Below, piece by piece: positions 1-9,387 of a DNA stretch of 64,000 nucleotides. Below the pieces are notes generated by a model. The model saw only the letters and a program-made list of their open reading frames with translations. It did no database searches and had not been told where the DNA came from. Every line of letters starts with the position of its first letter. Position 1 is the stretch's first letter. This DNA comes from a virus. The stretch is taken from positions 45,064 through 109,063 of IMG/VR virus record IMGVR_UViG_3300020463_000009, one strand, 5' to 3'. The position numbers were made by a program, and so were the translations under genes.

Positions 1-1496
1 TCTTTGGTCCAGAACCAATGCATTGGCCATACAAATATCACAATAACGTTTCTATAAGTGTTGATAATGCTAATAGATACATTGATAAAAACGGTGTTCT
101 ATGGGGTATGGGATATCCTAGAACAGGATTCCAAGATTCACAATCTCATTACTCATCATACTTTGGTGAAATGAATATGAGATTTTGGGAATACAGACGT
201 TCAGAGGATATGAACGCAGGTGGTTACCAAGAAATGAGAGGTCATCACACAAATCCTAGAAGACAAGAATTTACAACACCAAGAGTTATACAATTACACG
301 AAGAAAGAGATAGTTGTATGCTTCTTATGGAAAATGGAGAATTATACAGAAACGGTGAACAATCAAATGGTGAAATGGGACACGGTAATACTCAATCAGA
401 CAGAAATGGTTTTTACAGAGTTCACGGTTTAGAAGATACAAGAGTTATTAAATCTTGTTGTTATCCTTGGAACAACACTAAACAAGTTATGTGTTTAGAT
501 GAATTAGGTCACGTTTGGGTTTGGGGTTATAATGACCAAGGTCAAGTAGGTGATGGTAGAACACAAAACAAAACAGCACCTTACAGAATACCAGCAAAAT
601 ATTTTGATAACGAAAAAATTATTGATATCGGTTCAACAGGTAATAGTTCGTATGCTAGAACAGCAAGCGACCAAATATATGCTTGGGGTAATAACGGTAT
701 CGGACAATTAGGTGATGGTACTACAACTGACAAATACAGACCTGTAAAAATGACAGGTTGGGATCCAGTTGCTAACAATGGTATCGCTGTGTTTATGTGT
801 GAAGGACAAGGTGATGATACTTGGGTTGTTATATTAGATGGTAATGGTTACACACACTGGTGTGGTGAAAACAACTACGGTAACTTTGGTAATGGTACTA
901 CAACAAACACAACTACTTTTACTAAAAACGAAACAACACCTAACGGAGATATTGTTGACATTTGGATTCATTATTACAATGGTTACAAATCAGGTTACTT
1001 TAGAACAAAAGATGGTACAACTTACGGATATGGCCACGCAGGTACATATTACGCATTAGGAACAGGTAATACAGGTAACGTTACCACTCCAGCAGTTGTA
1101 CAAAAGGTTACAAATTTAAAAGAAGTTAAAACTTCTTGCAACTATTCAGACCAAGCTAGAACATTCTGGATAACAGATAGTGGTGAATCATTCTGTTATG
1201 GTTATGACTCAAGAAATTCTATGTTGCACCCACAGGCAGGTACAAACTGGACTGGTGAAGATGGTAACTATCATCCTTTCCACTGGTATATGCCTAACTC
1301 AAAACCGGTTACAATGAGAATTACAACAGATGACCAAGGCTCTGCTGAATATGCAGGTACTTATCACTTTATTGATGAGTTCGGAAAAGTATATTATTGG
1401 GGTCGTTCAAACTGGTTGTCTTCAACACATAACTGGTGGGGACATAGTTGGACATCACCTAATGGCCAACCAACATCAACAGGTCAAGGAAGATAA
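1..1496 (+). CDS. RCC1/BLIP-II-repeat beta-propeller protein, 5' truncated (putative virion/adhesin)
   Basis: Repeats such as VWVWGYNDQGQVGDG, IYAWGNNGIGQLGDG and HWCGENNYGNFGNG; the frame is open from the window edge to the ATG at 18. Confidence 0.75.
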   Translation, partial: FGPEPMHWPYKYHNNVSISVDNANRYIDKNGVLWGMGYPRTGFQDSQSHYSSYFGEMNMRFWEYRRSEDMNAGGYQEMRGHHTNPRRQEFTTPRVIQLHEERDSCMLLMENGELYRNGEQSNGEMGHGNTQSDRNGFYRVHGLEDTRVIKSCCYPWNNTKQVMCLDELGHVWVWGYNDQGQVGDGRTQNKTAPYRIPAKYFDNEKIIDIGSTGNSSYARTASDQIYAWGNNGIGQLGDGTTTDKYRPVKMTGWDPVANNGIAVFMCEGQGDDTWVVILDGNGYTHWCGENNYGNFGNGTTTNTTTFTKNETTPNGDIVDIWIHYYNGYKSGYFRTKDGTTYGYGHAGTYYALGTGNTGNVTTPAVVQKVTNLKEVKTSCNYSDQARTFWITDSGESFCYGYDSRNSMLHPQAGTNWTGEDGNYHPFHWYMPNSKPVTMRITTDDQGSAEYAGTYHFIDEFGKVYYWGRSNWLSSTHNWWGHSWTSPNGQPTSTGQGR

Positions 1497-1505
1497 AAAA
1501 ATTAT

Positions 1506-1513
1506 TATAAATA
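1506..1513 (+). promoter_or_regulatory. T4-type late promoter TATAAATA
   Basis: Exact gp55 consensus in an intergenic gap, followed by RBS AAGGAG. Confidence 0.8.
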
Positions 1514-1540
1514 GTAATAATACTAAAGGAGAAAACTAAA

Positions 1541-1957
1541 ATGGCACAGAAAATTTATGGTGTAAATGATATTGCTCAAGAAGACGATTTTGTCGCTCCT
1601 GTGGTAACTGAAGATAAGACGCCAGATTACATTGATAACATTGACGGAAAAGCTTACTTTTCTTATGATGACTCAAAGGTAACGGTTGACGCTTCAGGTA
1701 CAAATGCTTCAAAATACGGTGTTGCTGTATTAGACGCTTCAGACGCAGACGACTTGGTAATATTAAATAAACTTAAAACTACAAACAAAATACAGGTTGC
1801 AGTTGCAGAAATTCAATCTACTTTTGATGTAGCAAATCCTAGGCATTTACAACTTGAAGGTCTTGTAGCTAATGAATCAGGTTTAGCAACTAAAATTGCA
1901 ACTTTAAAATCTGACATTAACGCAATATATTCAGGTTACGGTCTGCCAACAGATTAA
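1541..1957 (+). CDS. hypothetical protein
   Basis: 138 aa ORF with AAGGAG RBS behind a late promoter. Confidence 0.7.
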   Translation: MAQKIYGVNDIAQEDDFVAPVVTEDKTPDYIDNIDGKAYFSYDDSKVTVDASGTNASKYGVAVLDASDADDLVILNKLKTTNKIQVAVAEIQSTFDVANPRHLQLEGLVANESGLATKIATLKSDINAIYSGYGLPTD

Positions 1958-1981
1958 TAGGAATTAATAAGGAAAAATAAT

Positions 1982-4219
1982 ATGTCTTTTGATTTAAAAG
2001 ATTTTAAACTAAAGTGGCAAGGACCTTGGAAAGATAGGACTGCTTATTCTAAAAACGATATCGTTTCTTGGAAAGGTAAGTCTTATAGATGTATTCAAGA
2101 TTGTCCTATTGCATATTCAATATCAATAGATGGTTTAGTTAACACTAACAACTATTCTTTTGACCCACCAAGGTTGGTTCAAAAATCTTTTAGACCAGAC
2201 AATGCAAAATATTGGCAACTATTTTTACGTTCAACAGATGATATTGGCGAATGGGAAATGTGGAGACAATACGAGCCAGGTGAAATGACTACGGTTGGTA
2301 GAAGAATTTACCAATGTATAAAAAGAACAAGAAAATATAATACTTGGGTTGTAGAACACGACGGAAGAGATTCAGAATATTGGGTGATGATTTATGAATC
2401 ACCTTTTGCATATCCAGATAGAAACAAAGTTGTATCATACACTAACAGAGCTCCTTTAGGGTGGAAATACAATATGGGTAGAAACTCATACGAGAGACAA
2501 GCCAACTATACAATGGGTGTAATTGAAGCAAATGGTGATTTCGTAGGTCACGGTGGTAATAACACAACTGGTCAAATGGGATTTGGTGATGGTCAAGACG
2601 GAAATTCAAGAATGGGTAGAAGTCGTTATACTGGATTTACTATGGTTGACTGGATGACTTCTACTGACAATAAAAATTTAACACAAACTGAACATACAGG
2701 TAGAATGGTAACACCTGATGGTAAGGCACCAAAAGTAATTCAACACGTATCAAGCACAAACTCTAGTTTCTGGTTAATGAATAACGGAGAAGTTTATTCT
2801 GCTGGTGATAACTCAACATACGATTTAGGTCATCACATAGCGGTAACAAATACTTCAGATAGACCTTATGCAAATAGAGTATCAGCAGATGATACGGTAG
2901 ATTGGTTAGGTGAAACTATACGTTCATTTAACAATACAAAAATTGTAAAAATAGGTTCTTCAGGTCAAGGTCAAAACTCTGAAGGTAATCAACAATTTGC
3001 ATTAGGCGAAGACGGTTCAGTATGGACTTGGGGTAGAAACAACCAAGCACAATTTGGTGGTGGTAACCCAGGAATAAACAACTCAACTGACTTTAATGGT
3101 GGTTCGCCTTACTCATTTTCATTTTACTCAACAAACGTAAAAAGACCAATTAAAATTCCTCAAGAATTTTTTAACAACAAAAGAATCGTTGATATGTGGG
3201 CAGAGGGCTGTACTGAGCCATCATTTCACGCATTAGACGAAGATGGTTGGTTATGGTTCTGGGGTCAATCAGTTCACGGTGGTGCTGGTGTAGGTTCTAA
3301 CTCACACACTTCCGAAGGAACATATTACTATTATATTCCTAGAAGAGTTGAAGTAGATTGGAACAAATACGGTGGTATGAAAATGCTACAACATTGGGGA
3401 TATTCAACTCAATCACACGTAGGTACTTGGGTACTTGATGGCGAAGGCTACTTATGGTACACAGGTTACTATACAAGTGGACAGGCACCAGGTTTCTATG
3501 GTATAGGTGATAACTCAACTAGATATCAGTCTATGTTTAAAAGAGGAGACTTTCATTTAAACGGAGATATTGATGAATTCTGGTTAGGTGGTGATGAACA
3601 TAAATGGATGTACATAAGACAAAAATCAACAGGTATGTTATGGATTTCTGATGGTAACTATGGTACTTATGGTACAAGAGGTTCACGTTCACAAAACGGA
3701 TATTGGTATAATTCAGGTGGTATTCACGGAATGTTCTCACACGTAAGAGGACCAGCATATACTAAATGGGTTACAGGTCAAAACGAAGGAAGAGGTGATG
3801 GTTCATACATTTATGACTCACCAATTATATTAGATGAAGACGGTAGTTTCTGGTACGGTAATTCTTATAACTATTCATTTACGGCTTCAGGTTATAATGA
3901 TTCACCTAGTGATGGCTCTGATGGATATTGGCATATGCCTTCTCAAGGTTTTGAAGATAACTCTACAAACAGACATAGAAAAAGAAGAGGTGTACAACCA
4001 ATGAATAGTAGATTAACAGATTTACACTGCTATGGTTACCCTACAGCTCAAAACTATGCATACAGAAATTGGGACGGTAAAATATTCCTATCAGGTTATT
4101 CACCAAATAACCAAACTTACCTATATGACGGTATGCCTTATAGATATCAGTCAGCAACTGGTTCATCTTGGGGTAGTAATAACTATCGTTCTCATATGAA
4201 ATCTCCTCCAGGAGATTAA
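1982..4219 (+). CDS. RCC1-like repeat protein with N-terminal aromatic (CBM5/12-like) repeats, putative virion protein
   Basis: N-terminal WQGPW..YSKNDIVSWKGKSYRC plus a second similar unit; RCC1-like LGEDGSVWTWGRNNQAQFG and LDEDGWLWFWG. Confidence 0.65.
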   Translation: MSFDLKDFKLKWQGPWKDRTAYSKNDIVSWKGKSYRCIQDCPIAYSISIDGLVNTNNYSFDPPRLVQKSFRPDNAKYWQLFLRSTDDIGEWEMWRQYEPGEMTTVGRRIYQCIKRTRKYNTWVVEHDGRDSEYWVMIYESPFAYPDRNKVVSYTNRAPLGWKYNMGRNSYERQANYTMGVIEANGDFVGHGGNNTTGQMGFGDGQDGNSRMGRSRYTGFTMVDWMTSTDNKNLTQTEHTGRMVTPDGKAPKVIQHVSSTNSSFWLMNNGEVYSAGDNSTYDLGHHIAVTNTSDRPYANRVSADDTVDWLGETIRSFNNTKIVKIGSSGQGQNSEGNQQFALGEDGSVWTWGRNNQAQFGGGNPGINNSTDFNGGSPYSFSFYSTNVKRPIKIPQEFFNNKRIVDMWAEGCTEPSFHALDEDGWLWFWGQSVHGGAGVGSNSHTSEGTYYYYIPRRVEVDWNKYGGMKMLQHWGYSTQSHVGTWVLDGEGYLWYTGYYTSGQAPGFYGIGDNSTRYQSMFKRGDFHLNGDIDEFWLGGDEHKWMYIRQKSTGMLWISDGNYGTYGTRGSRSQNGYWYNSGGIHGMFSHVRGPAYTKWVTGQNEGRGDGSYIYDSPIILDEDGSFWYGNSYNYSFTASGYNDSPSDGSDGYWHMPSQGFEDNSTNRHRKRRGVQPMNSRLTDLHCYGYPTAQNYAYRNWDGKIFLSGYSPNNQTYLYDGMPYRYQSATGSSWGSNNYRSHMKSPPGD

Positions 4220-4261
4220 TAAATACTTTATAGTATATTATTATTAACAAAGTGAGTTGAA

Positions 4262-4918
4262 ATGTATAAAACAAGTTTAAATCTAAAAAATTTTAAGAAT
4301 CATAAAGTCTTTTCTGACTTTTCAGATACTTCAATCTATCCCATAGAACAACAAGCACAATATTGGTGGAACGTTTGGACTTATATTGATAGACTTGAAG
4401 GTATGATGACAGAGATTGAATTTGAACATTTAAATCAAGGTCCTAAATTATTTAAAATGTGGAAAGATAAATGGCCTTTTGATTTAACACCTGAAATAGG
4501 TGGTGCTCCAGCTCACGCAACTTTACCAACACAATTAGATGGTTTTTCATATGTTGGTGAACAATTTAATTTTTATGGTATTAGACAACATAGAGTAGAT
4601 ATACCAAAAGATTGGTTTGATTTACAAGTTGTTTATATTACAATGCTATCTATGTATTCACAATTGTTAAATGTTGATGAAGATATAAAAGCATTTACAT
4701 TACCATTATTTAAATACAATCCTAAAAAATTTAAAAGAGTACAAATAAAAGTTGTTAGTGCAATTGTTAATGTATCTGATTTTGTTATTGCAACACCAGA
4801 TGTATTTAAAGAAACTAAAGAAATGGGCGAATGGCGATTAAAAGAAGCTGATAAACAAATTGGTGCTTGGAAAGAAGGATATCAAATAAACGAAGATGGT
4901 ACAAGAGAAGAAATATAG
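4262..4918 (+). CDS. hypothetical protein
   Basis: 218 aa ORF overlapping the heme oxygenase start. Confidence 0.6.
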   Translation: MYKTSLNLKNFKNHKVFSDFSDTSIYPIEQQAQYWWNVWTYIDRLEGMMTEIEFEHLNQGPKLFKMWKDKWPFDLTPEIGGAPAHATLPTQLDGFSYVGEQFNFYGIRQHRVDIPKDWFDLQVVYITMLSMYSQLLNVDEDIKAFTLPLFKYNPKKFKRVQIKVVSAIVNVSDFVIATPDVFKETKEMGEWRLKEADKQIGAWKEGYQINEDGTREEI

Positions 4919-5498
4919 AATTACCGAGTTAACTTGGGAATATCATAAAAATGCAGAGCGTCAAGCTTTTGTAAGTCAATTATTATCAGGTAATATTGAT
5001 GAAAAACTATATGCAACTTATTTGTATAATCAATTAAAATGTTATTCTAAACTAGAACAATATTGTTTAGAAAGCTCTTTGTTTATAGATACAAGAAATT
5101 TACCAAGAGCTGAACATATATTTTATGATTATAAATCTTTATGGGTAGATATTGGTAGTCCACCAATAGAAACTGAAAGTACAAAAGCATATGTTGAACA
5201 TTTAGATACAATAAGAGGTGAAAATGAAAAATTATATGCTCACGTATATGTTAGGCATTTAGGCGATTTATCAGGTGGTCAAATGATTAAAAGAAAAACA
5301 CCTGGACCTAATAGATATTATATTTTTAAACACAATGAAGCTAAAGAATATAAAAGAATTGTAAAAGAAAGAATTGAAAGTTATTTAAATGTATATGAAA
5401 TAAACGTGTTGCCTGAAGCAATATTTTGTTTTGAAAGTGCAACAAAACTATTTAAGGAAATGTATGATTTGGGAAAGACTAATCAAGTGGCAGAATGA
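4896..5498 (+). CDS. hemO: heme oxygenase
   Basis: LTWEYHKNAE proximal His helix; AHVYVRHLGDLSGGQ signature. Confidence 0.93.
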   Translation: MVQEKKYRITELTWEYHKNAERQAFVSQLLSGNIDEKLYATYLYNQLKCYSKLEQYCLESSLFIDTRNLPRAEHIFYDYKSLWVDIGSPPIETESTKAYVEHLDTIRGENEKLYAHVYVRHLGDLSGGQMIKRKTPGPNRYYIFKHNEAKEYKRIVKERIESYLNVYEINVLPEAIFCFESATKLFKEMYDLGKTNQVAE

Positions 5499-6171
5499 GA
5501 CTATTGAAGTCTTAAATAAAAATCTGGTTGAATATAACGAACCAGGTATGGAAAGATTCAATGATGAGAAGTTAGGTTGGGTTAATAGAACCTGGAATAA
5601 CAGATACATTAGACGAGCTCATTTAGATGTTGTTGATGTAAGAGAAACTAAAGGATTATGGATGGCTCATCTATGTCTTTTTCCTATGTTAACAAACGGT
5701 GGACCAATTTATGGTTTTGATATTATTGCAGGTCAAAAAAAGGTAACAGGTGCCTTTCACGATTTTAGTCCATTATTACAAAAAGACCACCCATTAACAA
5801 AGTGGTTTATAGAAGAAAATAAATGGTACAAACCTAGCAAAGAGAGAGAGTTGCCAGATTGGGCGAAGGCTATCTTTAGTGGGGGAATGATAGCCGCTGG
5901 CAATGTACGAGAAGAAGACGAATTAAATAAAATTTGTAATATGGCTGTTTCTAATTTAAATAATTATATAGATAAAATTAGAAATCACGAAGGCGAAGCA
6001 CAAATGTTAGACGTAATTAAAGCACAAAATTACTATTCTGAACACCAACAAAAAAATCCTCATACACCTAGAGTTATGCAATCTCTTGGTTTACCAGACG
6101 AAGACATCAAATTATTCTGTTCCGACAACTTATTTCCGATAGTATCAGAAAATCAACCCTATCTGAAATAA
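5464..6171 (+). CDS. pcyX: ferredoxin-dependent bilin reductase (PcyX/PcyA-like)
   Basis: RRAHLDVVD, MAHLCLFP, PIYGFDII, AFHDFSP, RELPDWAKAIFS and QQKNPHTPRVM motifs; adjacent to hemO; ATG 5464 preferred as start. Confidence 0.85.
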   Translation: MIWERLIKWQNETIEVLNKNLVEYNEPGMERFNDEKLGWVNRTWNNRYIRRAHLDVVDVRETKGLWMAHLCLFPMLTNGGPIYGFDIIAGQKKVTGAFHDFSPLLQKDHPLTKWFIEENKWYKPSKERELPDWAKAIFSGGMIAAGNVREEDELNKICNMAVSNLNNYIDKIRNHEGEAQMLDVIKAQNYYSEHQQKNPHTPRVMQSLGLPDEDIKLFCSDNLFPIVSENQPYLK

Positions 6172-6175
6172 TTAT

Positions 6176-6183
6176 TATAAATA
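6176..6183 (+). promoter_or_regulatory. T4-type late promoter TATAAATA
   Basis: Exact consensus upstream of gp13. Confidence 0.85.
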
Positions 6184-6204
6184 TACCAGAAAAGGGTATA
6201 ACAA

Positions 6205-7011
6205 ATGGCAGAACCAGCAAGTAGAGAGAATTTAAAACAATATGCTTTAAGAGCATTAGGTAAACCTGTAATTGAAATCAATGTTGATGATGACCAACTT
6301 GAAGATAGAATTGATGAGGCATTACAATATTTTGCTCAATACCATTATGATGGTGTAAAAAGAACATATTTAAAATATCAATATACATCAGCAGATAAGA
6401 CTAGAATGACCGGTGATTCTACTGAATCAGCGACTCAAGGTTCTGTTACCACAAGCTGGAAAGAGGGTAATAATTTTTTAATAATACCAAATTCAATTGT
6501 TTCAATAATCAATATATTTCCATTCTCAAACAAAGGTAATCTAAATTTATTTGATGTTAGATATCAATTAAGATTAAATGACTTATATGATTTTTCATCT
6601 ACTTCAATAATAAACTATGATGTAGTTTTAAGACATTTAGATTTTTTAGACCACGTTTTAGTTGGTGAAAAACCAATGAGATTTAATCAACACGAAAACA
6701 AATTATATGTTGATATGGATTGGAAAAATGATTTACAAGTTGGTGAATATCTGGTAATTGAAGCATATAGAAAATTAGACCCAGCAAACAATACAGACGT
6801 TTTTAATGATATATTTTTGAAAAGATATGTAACCGCTTTATTTAAAAAACAATGGGGCGCTAACTTATCTAAATTTGGTGGTGTTCAAATGATAGGTGGA
6901 GTAACCTTGAACGGACAACAAATATTTTCAGAAGCAATGCAAGATGTTGATAAATTAGAAACAGAGATTAGAAGCACATATGAATTAAATCCAGCTATAA
7001 TGATAGGGTAG
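6205..7011 (+). CDS. gp13: neck protein gp13
   Basis: LRALGKPVIEINVDDDQLEDRIDEAL; KKQWGANLSKF..GGVTLNG. Confidence 0.93.
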   Translation: MAEPASRENLKQYALRALGKPVIEINVDDDQLEDRIDEALQYFAQYHYDGVKRTYLKYQYTSADKTRMTGDSTESATQGSVTTSWKEGNNFLIIPNSIVSIINIFPFSNKGNLNLFDVRYQLRLNDLYDFSSTSIINYDVVLRHLDFLDHVLVGEKPMRFNQHENKLYVDMDWKNDLQVGEYLVIEAYRKLDPANNTDVFNDIFLKRYVTALFKKQWGANLSKFGGVQMIGGVTLNGQQIFSEAMQDVDKLETEIRSTYELNPAIMIG

Positions 7012-7016
7012 TAATT

Positions 7017-7838
7017 ATGGCAATTAACCATTACTTTCAAGGTGGCAGAGGCATTGGTAATAATGCTGAAAAAAGATTACACGAAGACCTTATTATAGAG
7101 GGATTAAAAATATACGGTCAAGACGTATATTATCTTCCAAGAACACTAGTAAACAGAGACCTTGTAATGGGTGAGGATACGTCAAGTCGTTTTGACGATT
7201 CTTATATGATTGAAATGTATTTTGAAACGCAAGAAGGCTTTGCTGGTGAACAAGAATTAATTAACAAATTTGGTTTAGAAATAAGAGAAGATACAACACT
7301 TGTTGTTTCTAAAAGAAGATTTGAGGAACACGTTGCAAGTAAAGCTAATTTAATTGCAACTGGAAGACCTAATGAGGGTGATGTAATTTATTTACCTTTA
7401 ATGAATTCATTTTTTGAAATACAATTTGTTGAAGACCAAGAGCCATTCTTTCAATTAGGTAACTTGCCTGTTTACAAATTAAGGGTAACTAGATTTGAAT
7501 ATGCAAATGAAGAGATTAATACTGGTAATGAAATACTTGACCAAGCTGAAGATAAGTATTCATTAAACGAATTAAACCACAAAATGTCATTAGAGAGTGG
7601 CCAAGTTGCATTAACAGGTGATGGTTCAATTGAATTAGAAGATACTTTTGATTATTCAACAGGTCAAAAAGCATTATTAATGTTAGAGACATTTACTGGT
7701 TCTAAAACAATACAAGTACAATCTCCTTATGCAAGTAACCTAGATATGAATACAGCGGCTGGTTATGATACGGTTGGTACAGCTGATGATATATTAGACT
7801 TTACAGAAAGAAACCCTTTCGGAGAGGTAGATGAATAA
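7017..7838 (+). CDS. gp14: neck protein gp14
   Basis: YGQDVYYLPR, KFGLEIRED, RPNEGDVIY, FEIQFVE; synteny. Confidence 0.92.
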   Translation: MAINHYFQGGRGIGNNAEKRLHEDLIIEGLKIYGQDVYYLPRTLVNRDLVMGEDTSSRFDDSYMIEMYFETQEGFAGEQELINKFGLEIREDTTLVVSKRRFEEHVASKANLIATGRPNEGDVIYLPLMNSFFEIQFVEDQEPFFQLGNLPVYKLRVTRFEYANEEINTGNEILDQAEDKYSLNELNHKMSLESGQVALTGDGSIELEDTFDYSTGQKALLMLETFTGSKTIQVQSPYASNLDMNTAAGYDTVGTADDILDFTERNPFGEVDE

Positions 7839-8644
7839 TGTTTGGAACACATTTTTATAACGAAGGTATTAGAAGATTAACAATTGCTTTTGGTCAATTG
7901 TTTAATAATGTTATTGTACAAAATAAATCTTCAACTGGTGCAGTAACCAAAAGATATAGAGTGCCTTTAGCATATGCACCTAAAGAAAAATTTTTAGTAA
8001 GATTAGATGAACAAGCTAATTTAGAAAGTAGAGAATTTGCAGTAACCTTACCTAGAATGGGATTTGAAATGACAGGTCTAACTTATGACCCTACTAGGAA
8101 GTTAAATAAAATGCAAAAATTCAGGCAGGTTAAAACTGGAGAAAATGGTAAAGTTTTAAACTTTAATTATACACCTGTGCCGTACAATGTAAGTTATACC
8201 CTAAATATTTTCACAGCAACGGCAGAGAATGGATTAATTATTGTTGAACAAATTTTACCATTTTTCCAACCTGAATATACGGTAACAATTAATATGGTGC
8301 CTGATTTAGGTATTAAAAGAGACGTACCAATTATTTTAAATAATGTAAATTATCAAGATAGTTATGATGGTAATTTTACAACAAGAAGAGCTGTAATATA
8401 TACATTAGATTTTACAGCAAAAACATATTTATTTGGACCTATGACTAATCAAAAAGTTATTAAAAAGGTACAAGATGATTTATATACTGACACACAGAAA
8501 CCACCAGCGACAAGAGAGGAACGAATTATAGTTGTGCCTAATCCTACAACGGCTGACGCAGATGATGATTTTGGTTTTACAACAACAATATCAAATTTTG
8601 CAGACGGTAAAAATTATAATCCGGTAACAGATACAGATGAGTAA
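7838..8644 (+). CDS. gp15: tail sheath stabilizer/completion protein gp15
   Basis: VPLAYAPKEKF, LPRMGFE, PVPYN, EQILPFFQP. Confidence 0.93.
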   Translation: MFGTHFYNEGIRRLTIAFGQLFNNVIVQNKSSTGAVTKRYRVPLAYAPKEKFLVRLDEQANLESREFAVTLPRMGFEMTGLTYDPTRKLNKMQKFRQVKTGENGKVLNFNYTPVPYNVSYTLNIFTATAENGLIIVEQILPFFQPEYTVTINMVPDLGIKRDVPIILNNVNYQDSYDGNFTTRRAVIYTLDFTAKTYLFGPMTNQKVIKKVQDDLYTDTQKPPATREERIIVVPNPTTADADDDFGFTTTISNFADGKNYNPVTDTDE

Positions 8645-9113
8645 ACTTGAAGATAACGTAAATGATATTTTAGGTATTGAAAAGAAAACTGAAGTTGCAG
8701 TAAAAGACTTTGAGCAACCAGCACCAGTACCTAGAGTAGTTGATGAAAATAAAGATGATGTTGATAATGATTATACACATAGTAGAGATAATTATTACAA
8801 TCTAATTGATAAAGGTAATGAAGCAATTGATGGTATATTAGAAATTGCAAAAGAAGGTCAACACCCTAGAGCATATGAAGTTGCAGGACAATTAATAAAT
8901 CAAGTTGCAACTACCGTTGACAAACTACAAGACTTACAAAAAAAATTAAAAGATTTAAAAGAAGTACCTAACAAAACAAGTGCTAATATTAAAAACGCAT
9001 TATTTGTAGGTTCAACAGCAGAATTACAAAAAATGTTAAATCGGAAAAACGAAGATGAAATTATTGAAGGCGAAGCAAGTAAACCCAAAGAAGATAATAC
9101 TGGAGATAAGTAA
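8637..9113 (+). CDS. gp16: terminase small subunit gp16
   Basis: HPRAYEVAGQL, NALFVGSTAELQK. Confidence 0.92.
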   Translation: MSKLEDNVNDILGIEKKTEVAVKDFEQPAPVPRVVDENKDDVDNDYTHSRDNYYNLIDKGNEAIDGILEIAKEGQHPRAYEVAGQLINQVATTVDKLQDLQKKLKDLKEVPNKTSANIKNALFVGSTAELQKMLNRKNEDEIIEGEASKPKEDNTGDK

Positions 9114-9387
9114 AATTCAGTATATTAAATCTATGACACCTTTACCAGAATTATTAGCTGGTGAAGAGTTGCAGTTTCCAATAGAAGTTAGAAAACATAT
9201 AATTAGTAATACACCTAGAAAAGGTGTTGGTGGTGTTGAATATATAGAGAAAGAGTATAGTGTTTTTAGAGGTAGTCAAAGAGTACAGGCTGCTTTAAAA
9301 TTAGGATACACACATATAGAGGGTGTTGTTTTAAATGAGCAAACAGAAAGTCAAAGATTACAAGAAGAATTAGAGCCAATAATATGA
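9055..9387 (+). CDS. hypothetical protein, ParB/Srx-like motif
   Basis: YSVFRGSQRVQAALKLGYTHIEGVV resembles the ParB-N GxxR..A..LG motif. Confidence 0.55.
   Translation: MKLLKAKQVNPKKIILEISKIQYIKSMTPLPELLAGEELQFPIEVRKHIISNTPRKGVGGVEYIEKEYSVFRGSQRVQAALKLGYTHIEGVVLNEQTESQRLQEELEPII

Noticed and set aside
4896-6171. Cyanophage assignment based on bilin genes
   Set aside because: The reductase looks PcyX-type, no photosystem or hli genes are in the window, and bS21, the adrenodoxin-type Fdx and the RpoH-like promoter point to an alphaproteobacterial host
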